A stretch of DNA of 64,000 nucleotides from Dicyema japonicum (GCA_011109175.1 RDEW01000011.1:559061-623060), one strand, 5' to 3'. Shown: positions 37,470 through 50,210, numbered from the stretch's first letter. Notes: a model not told the origin generated them from the letters alone. A program made the numbers and translations.

Positions 37470-38943
37470 AAAATGGTGAAATCGCCAACAGAAATGAAGA
37501 TTAAAAATACGAAAACAAAACAGAGAGATCAACAAGAACATCAATGCAGAAAATGCGAATAGATGGACAAGACTATTGGAGGCTCTCTTCAGAACGCCCA
37601 ATGCAGAGTCTGGAAATAGATCAACAACATCAGAAGATCCTCCCCCGAGACAAAAGGGGAAGTATACATCCAACCCGACGCGTGATAAAAGGAGTTTTCA
37701 AAAGAACACCAAGTATTCCTGAAAATATTTAATCGAAACGCTCCGATGACTGGACTCCCTTTACTAGCCAGAATGTCAGCAGGGTCATATCCAAGGCCAA
37801 CAACTCAGAGGCCAAAAAACCAGACAACATAACCACATTTGAACTGAAGCACCTAGGCCATCAAACCCTGGAACTATTAGCCTATATCCTCAACCTATCC
37901 ATCAACACAAATATAGTCTCTGAAATATGGAGGAAGTCCCCAATCAAACCTATTTGAAAAACTAACAAACCAACAAATGAACAATCGTCTTATCGTCCAA
38001 TATCTATTCTGAGTCCGGTTTCAAGGATTCTCGAAAGGCTTGTTCTGGAAAAAGTACAGAATCTAATCTCAATACTTTCGACCTCGCACGAATTCCGGGG
38101 TAACCATTCGACTACAACATACCTCACAACCCTCACACAATTCATTGCGGAAGGATTTAAATCCCCCAAACCCCATCAAAGGACAGTACTTATATCCGTG
38201 GACATCACAAAAGCGTTCGACTGTGGAAAACGATAGAAGTGTTCAGGTTGTAAAGGCGGACTATAATAAAACCCCCTAGCTAACTCCTAATCCAGTTTCT
38301 AGTAAAGTTGTTGTTGTTATTAAAAGGGTTCGACTCAGTCCCCAGGAAAAAATGATATTTGAAAGCTTGGAAACTTCATAAATGGAAGACAAGCACAATT
38401 ACCCTGCAACAACATCCAATCAAGATTTTGCTACCTTCCAAATTGAGTCCTCAAGGCTCCTCACTGTCATCCCAACTCTTCAACCTCTACAGAAACGATA
38501 TCCCAAAAACCTGTAATAAGAACTTTCTAATCCCCTCCTGTGCCGGCGATATCATTCTTGCCTCCAAGGACAGAAGTATTCAATTAGCGACTCAGTCCGC
38601 CCAATAAATGCTTGACAAGCTGGAACTATGTCTTTCGAAGTGGAAGCGCGACACATCAGCAATAAAGTTTTCATACCACGTGAAAAAAATAAATCTCTAT
38701 GTCGTACCAAGTATCCTCATGAAGAACGAGGCTATTTCTATTAACAAAACCCTGAGGGTTGTGGGGTCACCTTTAATCAGGGACTCTCTTTTATCCGACA
38801 TGTTGAGAACAAAGTAACTTTATCTCTGAAGAAAATAAGAATCCTAAAAGTACTCTCAAAAACATATAAAGACCAAACTGGTAGGCCTTGCCACGGAGCT
38901 ATAAATACTATGGCTCTCGTGAAAAGGCTTTATTATTATTATT
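37470..38943 (+). mobile_element. 5'-truncated APE-type LINE (RT and 3' end), probable partner of the SINE
   Basis: SYRPISILSPVS, SVDITKAFD, PQGSSLSSQLFNLY. Ends CTTGCCACGGAGCTATAAATACTATGGCTCTCGTGAAAAGGCTT(TAT)n. Confidence 0.82.
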
Positions 38944-39699
38944 GCCACGATTTATGAACAATTTATCCGATCCATAATTACGTATACAATTCCTGCGTGG
39001 GCAATGTAGATTTCACGATCCTCGTCCTTGAAACTATCCGCAACTCAAGAGACTGCAATAAAGTTAATTGGACGAGAACACAAAAATCCAGCCCATTGAA
39101 AATTTCTTAATTAAACTAAAACGGAAACTTTTAAAGGCGGCTAATCTACCAAGCTGCCATTTGTTACATAAACAATCAAAATAAATCATACAGAAAGTTT
39201 GAGCCGATTCCATGGCAGATGAGAAGAGCAGTATAGGATTCTCAACCCCGCCAGACTCCTCCTCTCCCTTGTCGGTCTGGGATCACTTAGTTGAGATCTT
39301 TTATTTCTTTCTCTTGACCCAGTGATCTGGAGGTAATAATAATTTGATCTGACAAATTAAGTGAATACAACTCAGTGGGGCTCAAAATCGCCGAAAGAAA
39401 AAGTTCAGAAAACCAGACGATAATGCAATGAGAGGCTGTTAGTGACTTTCATTTAAGAGGGCATCAGAAATTACAGAACCCAACACTGATAGTGATACTT
39501 AATAATATGTCGCGTCCGTGGTGGTTACGCGGCCTATGCTGGTTACATGTCACCTGCAGCAAGAATTTTTGCACTCCTATTTTTTCAATAAACTGAAAAT
39601 TATTGAAAGAATTGTCTAAGAGTGCACAATTTGCAAGTTTTTATATTCCACTTAAAGTAGAAAATTAATTTATATAATGGTTTCGTTCGGATTCTAATG

Positions 39700-39870
39700 C
39701 AAAAGAGTGCTTACAGAGTAACGGGACGTTGGATTTGCGAAGATCACCGAACCAGACATACGCCTCTGGAGGCCTTATGAGACTAGACTCCAGATCACGG
39801 GAAGGTGTCCTTGAAACTTCAGGCAGCCGTCATGTACTTTCATGCGCGGGCACGATGGAAGAACACCAGA
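39700..39870 (+). mobile_element. LINE 3' fragment (family also at 40310-40615 and 61430-61650)
   Basis: Diverged match to 40405-40565. Confidence 0.6.
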
Positions 39871-40309
39871 AACAATATCAGAAAAAAATCAATGCTCTCC
39901 TAATACTTTATCTCAAAATTGGATGAAATTTTTTTGAGGCTTTTACCAAGACAAGGGAGGAATTTATTCCTGTGTCCGGTCCTCTTTTAAAAAATATTGC
40001 TTCTAAAGTAGCAAGGATGTTGAATTATTCGCCGTTCAAAGGGTCCAATGGCTAGTTGGAAAAATTTAAGAAGAGATTTCAGTTGTCATTTAAGACAATT
40101 AGTGGAGGAGAAAAACTCTTCCGATGTTTCTTCGCTTGGTGTGTTTTTTTTGCCAATTATGATGAGTACTTGAAAGAATATGGTCTTCAAAATATTTTTA
40201 ATTGCGACAGATATTATACGACATTTATTATTAAAAGGATACCGTCAAAATCATTTGTAACTCCAAGTGAAGACTGTTTCGGTATTAAAAGAACCAGTCT
40301 TGATGAACG

Positions 40310-40615
40310 TATGCAAACAATACATCGAGCCATGTTTCTCATATGCATGCGCCTCGTGGGGTCCGTCCATATCTTGGACAAATATGAGGAAAATTGAGGA
40401 AATGTAAAAGAGGGCTTACAGAGTAACGGAGCGTTGAATTTGTGAAGATCATCGACCCGGACCTACGCCTCTGGAGGCCCTTATGAGACTTGACTCCAGA
40501 TCACTGGAAATTGGCCCTGAAAATTCAGGCAGTCCTGTACGTTCATGCGCAGGCACGAAGGAAGAACGACGGGAAAAGATGAGGTCTTTGTTAAAATGCA
40601 TCGGGATCACGTGAT
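40310..40615 (+). mobile_element. 5'-truncated LINE C-terminal fragment
   Basis: YIEPCFSYACASWGPSISWTNMRKIEEM*KRAYRVTE is RT thumb-like. Confidence 0.65.
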
Positions 40616-42077
40616 AATTAGTTTTGTTTTACCGTGGTCTTGGGTTAAATAAAAAAAATAAAATAAAGGAAAAGGTCACAATTTTTTTTATCAGTGCTTG
40701 TGGAGAAAAATTGAATCCATTATTAGTGGGGAAATTTAAATCTCAAATCTGTATGAAAAACTTTAACCCTGAAGAACATGGAGTTTTTCTATTCATCATC
40801 CAAAAATTCTAGAATGACATCAGAAATATTTATTACTTGGCTTGCCATTACAAATGAACAAATGATTAGGCAAAAGAGAAAAATTGTTTTGTTACTTGAT
40901 AACGAAAGTTGTCACAAGAATATCCATTTTTCCAACATTGAATTGTTTTTTCTTCAAAAGATGCAACCTCATTAATTCAACCAAATCAATAAGACAAATC
41001 AATCGCTAAAGTTGAGCAGATTTGAGTCTCCATATGAAGAACAAAGTAAAATTACTCAAATTTGGTCAAACAACCGAATAGAGGTATATTTAATTTTGTT
41101 ATTACAGATTACGGCACGTTCTTGAGAATTGAAAATAATCAACATGGGTTGAGCCAAGAAAATATAGACTTTAAAAGAAATAAATTCTATCAAGGGGTAA
41201 TGAGGAGGGGGTTCAGATCTTATTCAACTTGAAACGACTAGTCATCCTCAATGACAAAATAAGACCAGTTAACCACGTGGTTAATTGGTCGAAAGATTGA
41301 GGTAGTGAAATATAATATTTCGATTAATGATGGATGAAAACTTTTTCTTCTTGTTCGTAAACATGGATGAGGTGGGAGGTTCAGGATACATCAGAAACTC
41401 GATTTTCCGAACAAAAAAGTGTCAGATCCACAATGTATCTGGGTTCACATCTATCCAGTCAAAATTGAAGGAACTTGAAGAATATCTCTCAGAAGCGGAC
41501 CTCTCTTCCATTTTAATCGCACGTCCTACCGCCACGGACATCATTCTAATGTGGAAGAGTTTTATAGTGGAAATCTTCACCAGTGTACCTGTTCAGGGGG
41601 AAGTTAGCATGATTCTATGTTGATAATAATCAATTGTTAAGAAATTCGATAAAAATATAAAATTTAAGGAATCAAAATCTAATTGCCTAGCGACATGAAT
41701 CAATCTGGTTGAACATTTGATGAATTTTATAGAAAATAGAGCAGAGTGGGAGGAATCAGTTGAAAAGAAAGCTCAGAATGCCCGGAGGAAGGCATTTAAG
41801 GCCGAAGCAGCACAAGAAGTTGTTGAATCTAATAGAGCAGACACCTTAGTTAAATTTTGAATTAATTTCAGGCACGAAAGACTGCCTTGAGAATATTACT
41901 TGAAAATGAACGGCGAGAGGAAATTAAACAACTAAAGAACATTAATAAGGACATTTTCGTCCTTATTACTAACAATTCGATGTAATCAAATATAAAACTG
42001 ATTATTTATAAATTATAACATTTATTCCCATACTTTCTGCTTATAAACATTATATTTTTAAATTTATTATCCCAATA

Positions 42078-43024
42078 TGTCGCGAGCACTGAGAGTGATG
42101 ACAGGTGATTCGCAACATCTGTCATGTTTATTACAAATAATCAATATTTAAGTTTAGGAATAATTTTGTGCATTTTTATATAAAATCATTACTGAGACCA
42201 AGAGAGATTAATCTTTGGTAATAATTATTATGTGTAAAAGTATTTTATAAAAGATTTACACCAATTTTTGTTGGCATACCATAATTTTTGACAATGAAAT
42301 CGATAAAGTAACCCACTAATCACGTTGTCTTGATGCGTAGCAAAGTTACCATAAAAATACTGAAGAGTACAACATTATAAAATGCATCCTCGAGGGAAAA
42401 GACCTGAATGTATCAGCAGCTCGGAAGTATAGACTTAAAAAGACTGCTGAAAACTTCCTTTTGATAGACGGAAAGCTTTTATTTATTTTTTAATTATAAT
42501 TTTATGAGGAATAAGCAGGAATTTAATATTATCGTACGCATGTTCAGGAATTCGTTCCCTAACCGGTATGGTGTCGTATGTACGCACGCTCCGGAATTTG
42601 CTTCCATACTCCCCGTATACCTAATATGAAGAGTGGAAAAATAATCTAGGTGAGTTGTCTCTGACCGATACCAAAGAGTATCGTGGTATTCCTGGATTTA
42701 ACACTTTTGTGGAATCATGTTCACGATCAACCAGAAAGTTTTAATATAGAAGAATTGGAAGTTGTAGAAAATCTAGACACTTGTACAAAAGGTTTTTTAT
42801 TGTTATTTTTAGTAAGGATTATGAGTTCCAGTTTAACTTTGAGGGGGTAAATTTGCAGTCTTGTATTATAAAAGAATGAATAGGAAGATGGGAGTGGTTC
42901 ATTCACAAAGACTAAAAAATCCAGAAACACTGAAATAATAGTTAATTAGCACTTTTGTAAAATTGTTAACTTTTTATAATAGATTATTTTTGACATTGAT
43001 AGATCACTCTCAGCGATCGCGACA
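42078..43024 (+). mobile_element. Non-autonomous TGT...ACA TIR element (Ginger/TDD-like)
   Basis: 22-bp TIRs TGTCGCGAGCACTGAGAGTGAT and ATCACTCTCAGCGATCGCGACA, 5-bp TSD CAATA (42073-42077, 43025-43029). Internal remnant EEYNIIKCILEGK..KYRLKKTAENFLLIDGKL. Confidence 0.7.
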
Positions 43025-44389
43025 CAATATGAGGGAGTCTGATGGTACATTGCAGTCATACAAAAGTGCCTGCGAATAAAGTGACCGATGGTTAATTTAT
43101 ATAAATTCCATTATAGTTTCGTAAAGGTGAAGCAGACTTTTAACTAAAAATGGCAACTCAGAATATATCAAAAGCTATCATTTATTGATGTAAACATGCT
43201 TTGTTATTACCATCAGCACATAGAGTAGCTAATTTTTACTTTCAAAACAGGACGTACCCTATGTTTGAAAGTGACACGTGTGGTTTGTGTATTTTTTAAA
43301 CATTATCAGAATGATTCTGGGCCAACTTATTCTAGTATTTCAGCACTTAAGTTTAAACATTATAACGAATTTAGATGATCCACGAAAACTTCAGATGTAT
43401 ACATGCACGTGGCTTATTAGTAGCAAACTTCAGATATATACATGCAATCATATCACATATCATCTATACGTGCAGCTTCTGACAGATGATCATTTAAGTT
43501 CTTTCAAGTAGCCCAAGCAGTTAATTGGTAGGAAGGTCGAGGTGGTGATGTACCTCCATTGCACAAATTATCTGCTTCAAAATAGATGAAATCTTACCTT
43601 CTCGTAAGCATGGACGAGGTGACAGACTCGAGACATCGTAAATTCGATTTTCTGTACAAAAGAAGTCTCGGGTTCTAATCTTTCCAACCCAAGATGAAAG
43701 TTGTATCCGAAAGTTCACACATCCGATATTTATTAAGACCAAGAAGTGGAATAAAAGGTTACATCCATATTGGGGAGATGAAGACATTAAGGGACCTACA
43801 GTGGGCTCAAAAATATTTTTTACTATTTTTTTATTTTCATCTATAAAATATAGAGCTCATATAAGCATTATCGCAATTAATTTCAATAAGGACCATATTA
43901 ATTCACGCCATTAATTTCGTGTCATTCCGCCCTACAGGCTGACCGATTAGCATGATAAACTTTGCCGTAGTGGAGCAATGTATATTGAATATGTTTGTTT
44001 ATCTAGGAATCAGATCACTGACCCTGCTGAACTGTACGGATCTCCTCTCGCAAGTAGGAAAATTGATATCGGAGAAATGATCTGGCTTATTGAGCGCATT
44101 TCCTTAAAAATCATCATTGGAGATAGGTTTTCAATCTGAGAGCAGGTTGAAATTAGCTTCTAGTTACTACTAGAAACTGGTAGTTCTTAACTGTTTGTGT
44201 AGTTAAAAATAAAATTTTTCTTTATCATATACTGCAGCTTTGCATACTTTTGAGTGAGCTATTGAATCTCTGAAAAAGAGAGAAATTTTAATAAAAATAA
44301 TGTTAAAAATTACATGATTATGTTTTATAATAAATAAAAAAATTATTTGGTCGATTTATAAGTTTTACGATAGTTATATTATCGATTTT

Positions 44390-44500
44390 AGATACCAGTT
44401 TTCGAAATTTAGATGCCATTTTTGAAATTTTAGTTGCCATAGATGCCATTTTAACTGCCATTTTTGGAAATTTTAGTTGCTATAAATGTTCCCTAGTTAT
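44390..44500. repeat. Short degenerate tandem array (GCCATTTT/AAATTTTAG units), possibly a MITE subterminal region
   Basis: Repeated AAATTTTAG(A/T)TGCCAT units ending in CCCTAG. Confidence 0.4.
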
Positions 44501-44589
44501 AATTCAGACCAAAAACTTCAATTTGGTTTCATCCAACCATAAAATATTCATTATATATTTCAAATTTTTATTCAAAATATTTTTAACAA

Positions 44590-45456
44590 ATTGTAGTCGC
44601 GCTAATATGTAGACTTTTTTTCAGTAGAGGAACAAGACGTGCCTTCCGTCTATGAATTCATTCTTCGCAATACCTCAGTTATTGTAGATAAACAGAAATT
44701 TATTCCCATGGTCTGGAAATCATTCACCAAGATGCTTCGAATAATTCTTGGTTCACTAGCCACAATTCTTGTAATTTTTGAGAGAGAAAGGCTAGATATT
44801 TTCTCGGATACCCCAGATCTCGATTTATTTAAGACAGTCCCCTGTTCTTTCCAACGATCTATTATACAAAACTCATTGAAGCTCTATATATAAGATAAAT
44901 GTCGGAATTAATAAAAAAATGAAACTATTTTTCTTAAAAAATGAGAACTTAAGTGTACAATTTTCCTTGGTAAGCACTGTATTTCTCACCGAACTTTTTG
45001 GAATGCTGAATAGTTTTGAAATTCGTTTATAACTTTTTTATCTTGGTGGGACTCCACAATCCTCTGTTTTAGCTCAAAGGAATATTTTTTCGTTTTCCCA
45101 TAAAACAATGTAAAAACAATCATTTTTAATATCAATTAATGATAATGCGTTATTGGGCGACGCCAACTTTTTATTGAAAATTCATAAAACTAAATAATTG
45201 AAATGAATCGCATTATCCTATGCACTTTAAAGGGTCATTTTTCGTAGAGTACCTACATTTTTTGACCTTCTAATTACGACTAAATTCAATTAAATGCACT
45301 TTTCAGATTTGTCCGTCATTTTAGCATAAAATAATAATAATTTATTCACAATGAAATTTTAATTTATTTTATTCAAAAATTAATTGACGGATCTGGAGGA
45401 AAAAAAGCAGAAACAGATAAGTGACACAAGAAGTGCCGACACTTTTTAGCCAACTG
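44590..45456 (-). mobile_element. Tc1-like transposon 5' remnant
   Basis: Terminus TA|CAGTTGGCTAAAAAGTGTCGGCAC at 45456. Minus-strand IIDRWKEQGTVLNKSRSG..ITRIVASEPRI..STITEVLRRM. Confidence 0.65.
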
Positions 45457-45648
45457 TATGTCACAATGTACCACAACTACATCACACCCTCAGCTATATT
45501 AGGTATAAATTTTAAATATTGTTCTCAATTTAACTGAAAGAAATATTCTCTATTAGCTCGTTAGTTCGTGTCGCTCACTGCCAGCTAATTCCAGTGGAGA
45601 TAGCTTAATATCAAAATACTTTTATTAAGGAAAGATAAGAGAGTAAAC

Positions 45649-45726
45649 GGTTGTACAGCGGCTGCCCTGACAGCGTGGCTATTACCTCTCGGATAACGAG
45701 CGAGATTCGCTCAAATAACCAGCAAC
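45649..45726 (-). repeat. Dispersed ~78-nt structured motif, long form
   Basis: Reverse complement closely matches 20997-21074. Confidence 0.75.
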
Positions 45727-45831
45727 TTGATTGTTTTTTATTTTAAGTATTTTATTATATAGACACACAGCTTACTATTTTATATAAATTTAACCGAAAA
45801 AAATATTAGGTCCTATTAATGATCTTATTAA

Positions 45832-47795
45832 TTAGACGGGACATCTCCTTCCAAGTCTGTAGTAGAATGACTTCCCAGGCAGAACAAGAATGTACCCCAA
45901 AGGAAGGAGTACTGTAATGACCAACAGGACAGCAAATGATATCTTCTCAAATGCTAGGACTAATGACTGCTCTAACCAAGACTGGGGTAATCTCCACTGT
46001 CCTCACTCCCCCCATTTCCTATTTTTGCACAATTTGGGTACATATATCCCGGCTCGCAGTGACAATGTCCTTTACTGTTGAGAATCTGTAATATTTTGCC
46101 AAATCAATACCCCATGTTTCCCACAGTCCACAGAAGATCGGGTATTCATACATTCCCGACTTTTACAGTTCTATCATTAATATTCTACAAACTCTAGATG
46201 TGCAAGTGTGGTTGTTGTAGTACTGCACATCTACGGGACACAGATTGCTTTTGGTGGTGCAGTACTCGGGTAAGTCGCACTTATCAACGGCATGTCGACA
46301 AATAACTCCGCCTCCCTTTAGCTGTAAATGATTTGAGGGACACAACCTTGCAGGTGGTCGTATTACAGCACTTCCCCTCTGCACATTCACCCCAGTAATA
46401 GAATTTGCATGTTTGGGGATTACAACAGTTAGATTTACATTCCGAAGGAGTCCCACAGTCGCAATCTTCTCCATCCTCGACATAGTAGTTCCCACAGATT
46501 GGCATTTCAACGTGAGGTCGATTTTCTGTGCATTTCCATTTCTTCTTCCTCAAGACCTTTATCGAGCAGTTTGAGAGTTTAAAGTTCCTGAATAATACAG
46601 AGAACTCACGTGCCATAGTTGTACTTCTCCATCAGACAGCTATGATCGCATCCACATTCTTTGCCTACGTGTTGAAGACCAAGGTTGTGACCCAACTCAT
46701 GTGCTACGACCACGTGAAGGGAGTTTATGTTTTTAGAGTCCTAAAAGCAGTTTTATGCATAGTTACTGTCAAGATTCCTTGAGTCACAGATACACAATTA
46801 GGATTGCAGAGATCGTTTACGTAACCCAATCCATTACCGATCGAATGGGCACTAAAATTCGTGAAACAGATCAACTCAATTAGTACAGAAGAGTCACGTT
46901 CCACGTCAGTCCTAGTTAAGATGTATTCCTTAAAGCGAGTAAATCTGGTAGCTATAGTGCCTTTCAAATCGATCTTGTCATTTTCCAGCCATACTTCGAG
47001 GGATTTAACGACTACGTGGATGTTTACTACTCGATAGGTCTACGAATTAATATCAAATTCTACAGATGCCACCCCCGTGTAAACTTTCGCCACCTGGGTC
47101 CTTATTTTAGAAATATTTTTGTTTAATCCGCTCACCTGAATAAAGTTAACGACTAACCGCGCTTTTTGAGATCACTACGAACATCTCCACTATGATCTCT
47201 GGTTGTTCATTAAAGTCAATTCTTTTGGACTTGTTGGGCTTTGAATTCTTGATTTGGGCCAATTTTTTAACGTCAATTGGATCTGTGCTGGTCGTATTAA
47301 ACAGTAGAAGCTTTAGGTAGACTGTATTACCCTCAGAGTGGACTAGAAAGGTTTCTTTTTCGAGGGAGAATCGGCCTCTCATGAATTACCAAACAAAATA
47401 CTCGATTCCGTCACAAAAATAGAAAGCTGCTGGAAGATGTTGTTGATCCGCCATGTGACCAAAGTAGTGACACCATTTTTCGACCTAAACTATTTAAAGT
47501 AATACGTCATAGTTGTCCTTGCGGGAAATTTGAGGTTGGTTACCCGTATGGATCTCCTCGCGGAAGTCTTCATGTATCAGATAATTGTTATGGAAAAGCT
47601 CGAATTCAACCAGCAAGGATCCGTCCTCATTGGCGATCCTTAAGCTAATTCTGTCCATAAGATTTGCCATTTTCTTAAAATCTGATTTACTAGTCACAGG
47701 GACCCCATTTATAAAGGTGAAGACCACCTCTCTAGACTGGATTGCACCAACTAAAACTATCTCTCAGCAATTAATTTACTTGCTACTAAAAGCAT
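45832..47795 (-). CDS. ADAM-family metalloprotease-disintegrin
   Basis: Intact zinc motif [11 protein letters not shown] at 46669-46701. Disintegrin [27 protein letters not shown]-like [10 protein letters not shown] segment and short tail. The signal peptide [12 protein letters not shown] needs a 26-nt first intron. Confidence 0.85.
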
Positions 47796-48109
47796 AGTTT
47801 TGTTTGACAAAATTCGCGAATTTGAAATATAAATTACCCGTTTTTAGAAAAATACGTAAAACCACAAAATATGTTATTGTCTACGTAAATGGTATTGTCA
47901 GAATACATCATCTTTTTACTTTAGCTATTATTGGGTATTTTGTGGTTTATGTTATTTTTTTGAAATTTTAGAAACTCGATTAAGGTAAATTCCCTTAAAT
48001 TTGAAACCAGCTTTCTATTAAGGCAGTCTATTTTCTATAAAAGTAGCAAATAGCCACGATATTCAATCGTTTTTGTGGAATTATTTGCGGTTTGATTCAT
48101 TGTTTATTC

Positions 48110-48330
48110 AACATGTAGGAGAGGTCGGTTCCTGAGGCATGCAGCCATCAACGGGGTTGTGAAGCGCTCTCTTGTGGCGGCTGGATTCACGTCGTCTCTG
48201 GAACCGGTGAGCCTAGACGGTCTTCCCTTTCTCTCGGGGGAAATGCTTGATTTGGGATGGGGCCTGTACCGACACCTTTTCCGCTTTGAAAGCTCGGGAA
48301 GATGGCCAACGTCAAATAGTGCAATGACTC
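48110..48330 (+). mobile_element. CRE-like RLE non-LTR fragment
   Basis: RHAAINGVVKRSLVAAGFTSSLEPVSLDG..GKCLIWD. Confidence 0.7.
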
Positions 48331-48974
48331 CAGAGAGAATATAAATTTTTTAACCAATTAGAATAGATCTTACAAAAAGAATACAAAATATAGAGCATCT
48401 GGTAAACCTTCAACAAGGTCAAGGGTATTTTAAAACACATTACTAAATAATTGTAGCATTACTATCGTTATTATGCGAGCGATAAATTACTGAGGGGAAA
48501 AAAATTTTTTCATAAGAATTACTGAAGTAAGGTCGAAAAGACTACTTTAGTTTATTCCAAAGGGTATAATAAATATATGCTGAAACAGGGTTGCTATTAA
48601 TAATGTTTAGAAAAGGAATGTGAAGATGTGCAGATTTAGAAATAGACGATGATGACAATGAGAATATGACGTTGATAGATCTGAAATGAATAAAGTTGTC
48701 ATCAATGTGATGGTTAGAATAATAAACAATATTATGTTGAAATTAAAAAAAACAGTCCATAAAAAGGAATTGTACAATATATAGGAAACTCATTGCAAAA
48801 GATTTTAACAACAATCAAATACATAAAAATTTAAGCTGAATTCATTAATTTGATAGTTTTAGGATTTATTTAGTTGTTAGAATAATAACAGATAATAAAG
48901 GACTTTATACAGTTGTTAGAATATTAACAGATAAACACGTTCCCATTAACGTTAATTGTTCCTTTTGGGAACAG

Positions 48975-49380
48975 GACGCCCTCCGGAATGGGATATCTAT
49001 CCGTCTCGGGATCGACCTGTGCCAGCCTCATCCATGCCGTTGTGAATCTGTTGTGGACTGCAAAAGACTTCACCCACTATCTTTTCGTCTTAGCAGAGGC
49101 CGGTTCCTGTGGCATGCAGCCATCAACGGGGTTGTGAAGCGCTCTCTTGAGGCAGCTGGATTCACGTCGTCTCTGGAACCGGTGAGCCTAGACGGGGTTA
49201 CTGTCTTCCCCTTCTCTCGGGGGAAATGCTTGATTTGGGATGGGGCCTGTACCGACACCTTTTCCGCGTTGAAAGCTCGGGAGGCTGCTCAGACTTTCGA
49301 GAATTTCAAAAAAATACGACAGCCTCTCCATAAGATTCCATGTTCAGCCAGTGTTGTCCACGAGAATGGAGTTTATTAGG
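48975..49380 (+). mobile_element. CRE-like RLE non-LTR fragment
   Basis: HPLSFRLSRGRFLWHAAINGVVKRSL..VTVFPFSRGKCLIWDGACTDTFSA. Confidence 0.75.
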
Positions 49381-49504
49381 AAAAGATAGCGTTAACTAAG
49401 GGTTGTAAGAGATTAATCCTAGGGAGATACCGAAATTTCTTTTTGTTAACTTCCAGGTATTAAGATAAAATTCCAGCAACTTCTATCTTGTTGACTTTTC
49501 AGAC

Positions 49505-50210
49505 TTAAGAGCGTGTGAGCCACGTCACCAGCTCAGACTTTCCAACCAGTCGGTAAGTAAAAAGTGACACAGCTGGGGTGCGAACCCGCAATCCCCCAGC
49601 CTTGGTGAGACCACGACCAATAGACCAATTGACATAATCCAGGTGAAATAATTGAGTGCCTGTTTTCCAAGACAAATGCCAGAGAATTTTTTGGAACAGC
49701 CACATGGTTTCCCGCTCGTTATTCACTTTTGATATCATATACCCGAGCGATCTTAGAATGGAGACCGTCTTAGGGCCGAAGACTCCGCTCGTCTCCACAA
49801 AAACAAACTCTACATAGAATCTGGTAGAAAGACTGTCGTATTTTCTTATTTTGAAATTCTCGAATGTTCGTGCAGCCTCCTCAGCTCTCTAAGCTGAATC
49901 TGAAAGTTTTGACTGGGAGAAGGTGTCTGTGTAAGTCCCGTCTCAATCAGGCAATTCTCAGAGAGAAAGGAAATACAGTTATCCCGTCGGGCACTTTCGT
50001 CACCTCGATCCAGGCCCACCTGTTCCAAAGATGACCGTAATCATGCCGCCTCAAAGGAGCGCTTCACGACCCCGTTAATGGCGACATGCCTCGGGAACTG
50101 ACCACTGCTGAGACGGCAAGAGAGCGGGTGAAGTCCTTGCAATACACAGTGGTCGGTGTCTCACCAAGGCTGAGGGCTAGCGAATTCGCACCTCACCCGT
50201 GTCACTTTTA
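49505..50210 (-). mobile_element. Rearranged CRE-like fragments
   Basis: Minus-strand HVAINGVVKRS..RPDG..ETSGVFGP pieces, plus LTKAGGLRVRTP segments in both orientations. Confidence 0.6.

Larger units (their letters stand above)
39600..41000 (+). mobile_element. Heavily decayed pogo/Tigger transposase interrupted by LINE 3' fragments
   Basis: PVSGPLL..FKGSNG*LEKFKKR, IFNCD, GEKLNPLLVGK, MTSEIFITWL..KIVLLLDN. Confidence 0.7.

Noticed and set aside
39700-40565. Twice-repeated 165-nt structured element first suspected to be an ncRNA or ribozyme
   Set aside because: Upstream of the second copy the frame reads as a LINE RT thumb region and a third copy lies at 61430-61650; these are 5'-truncated LINE ends.
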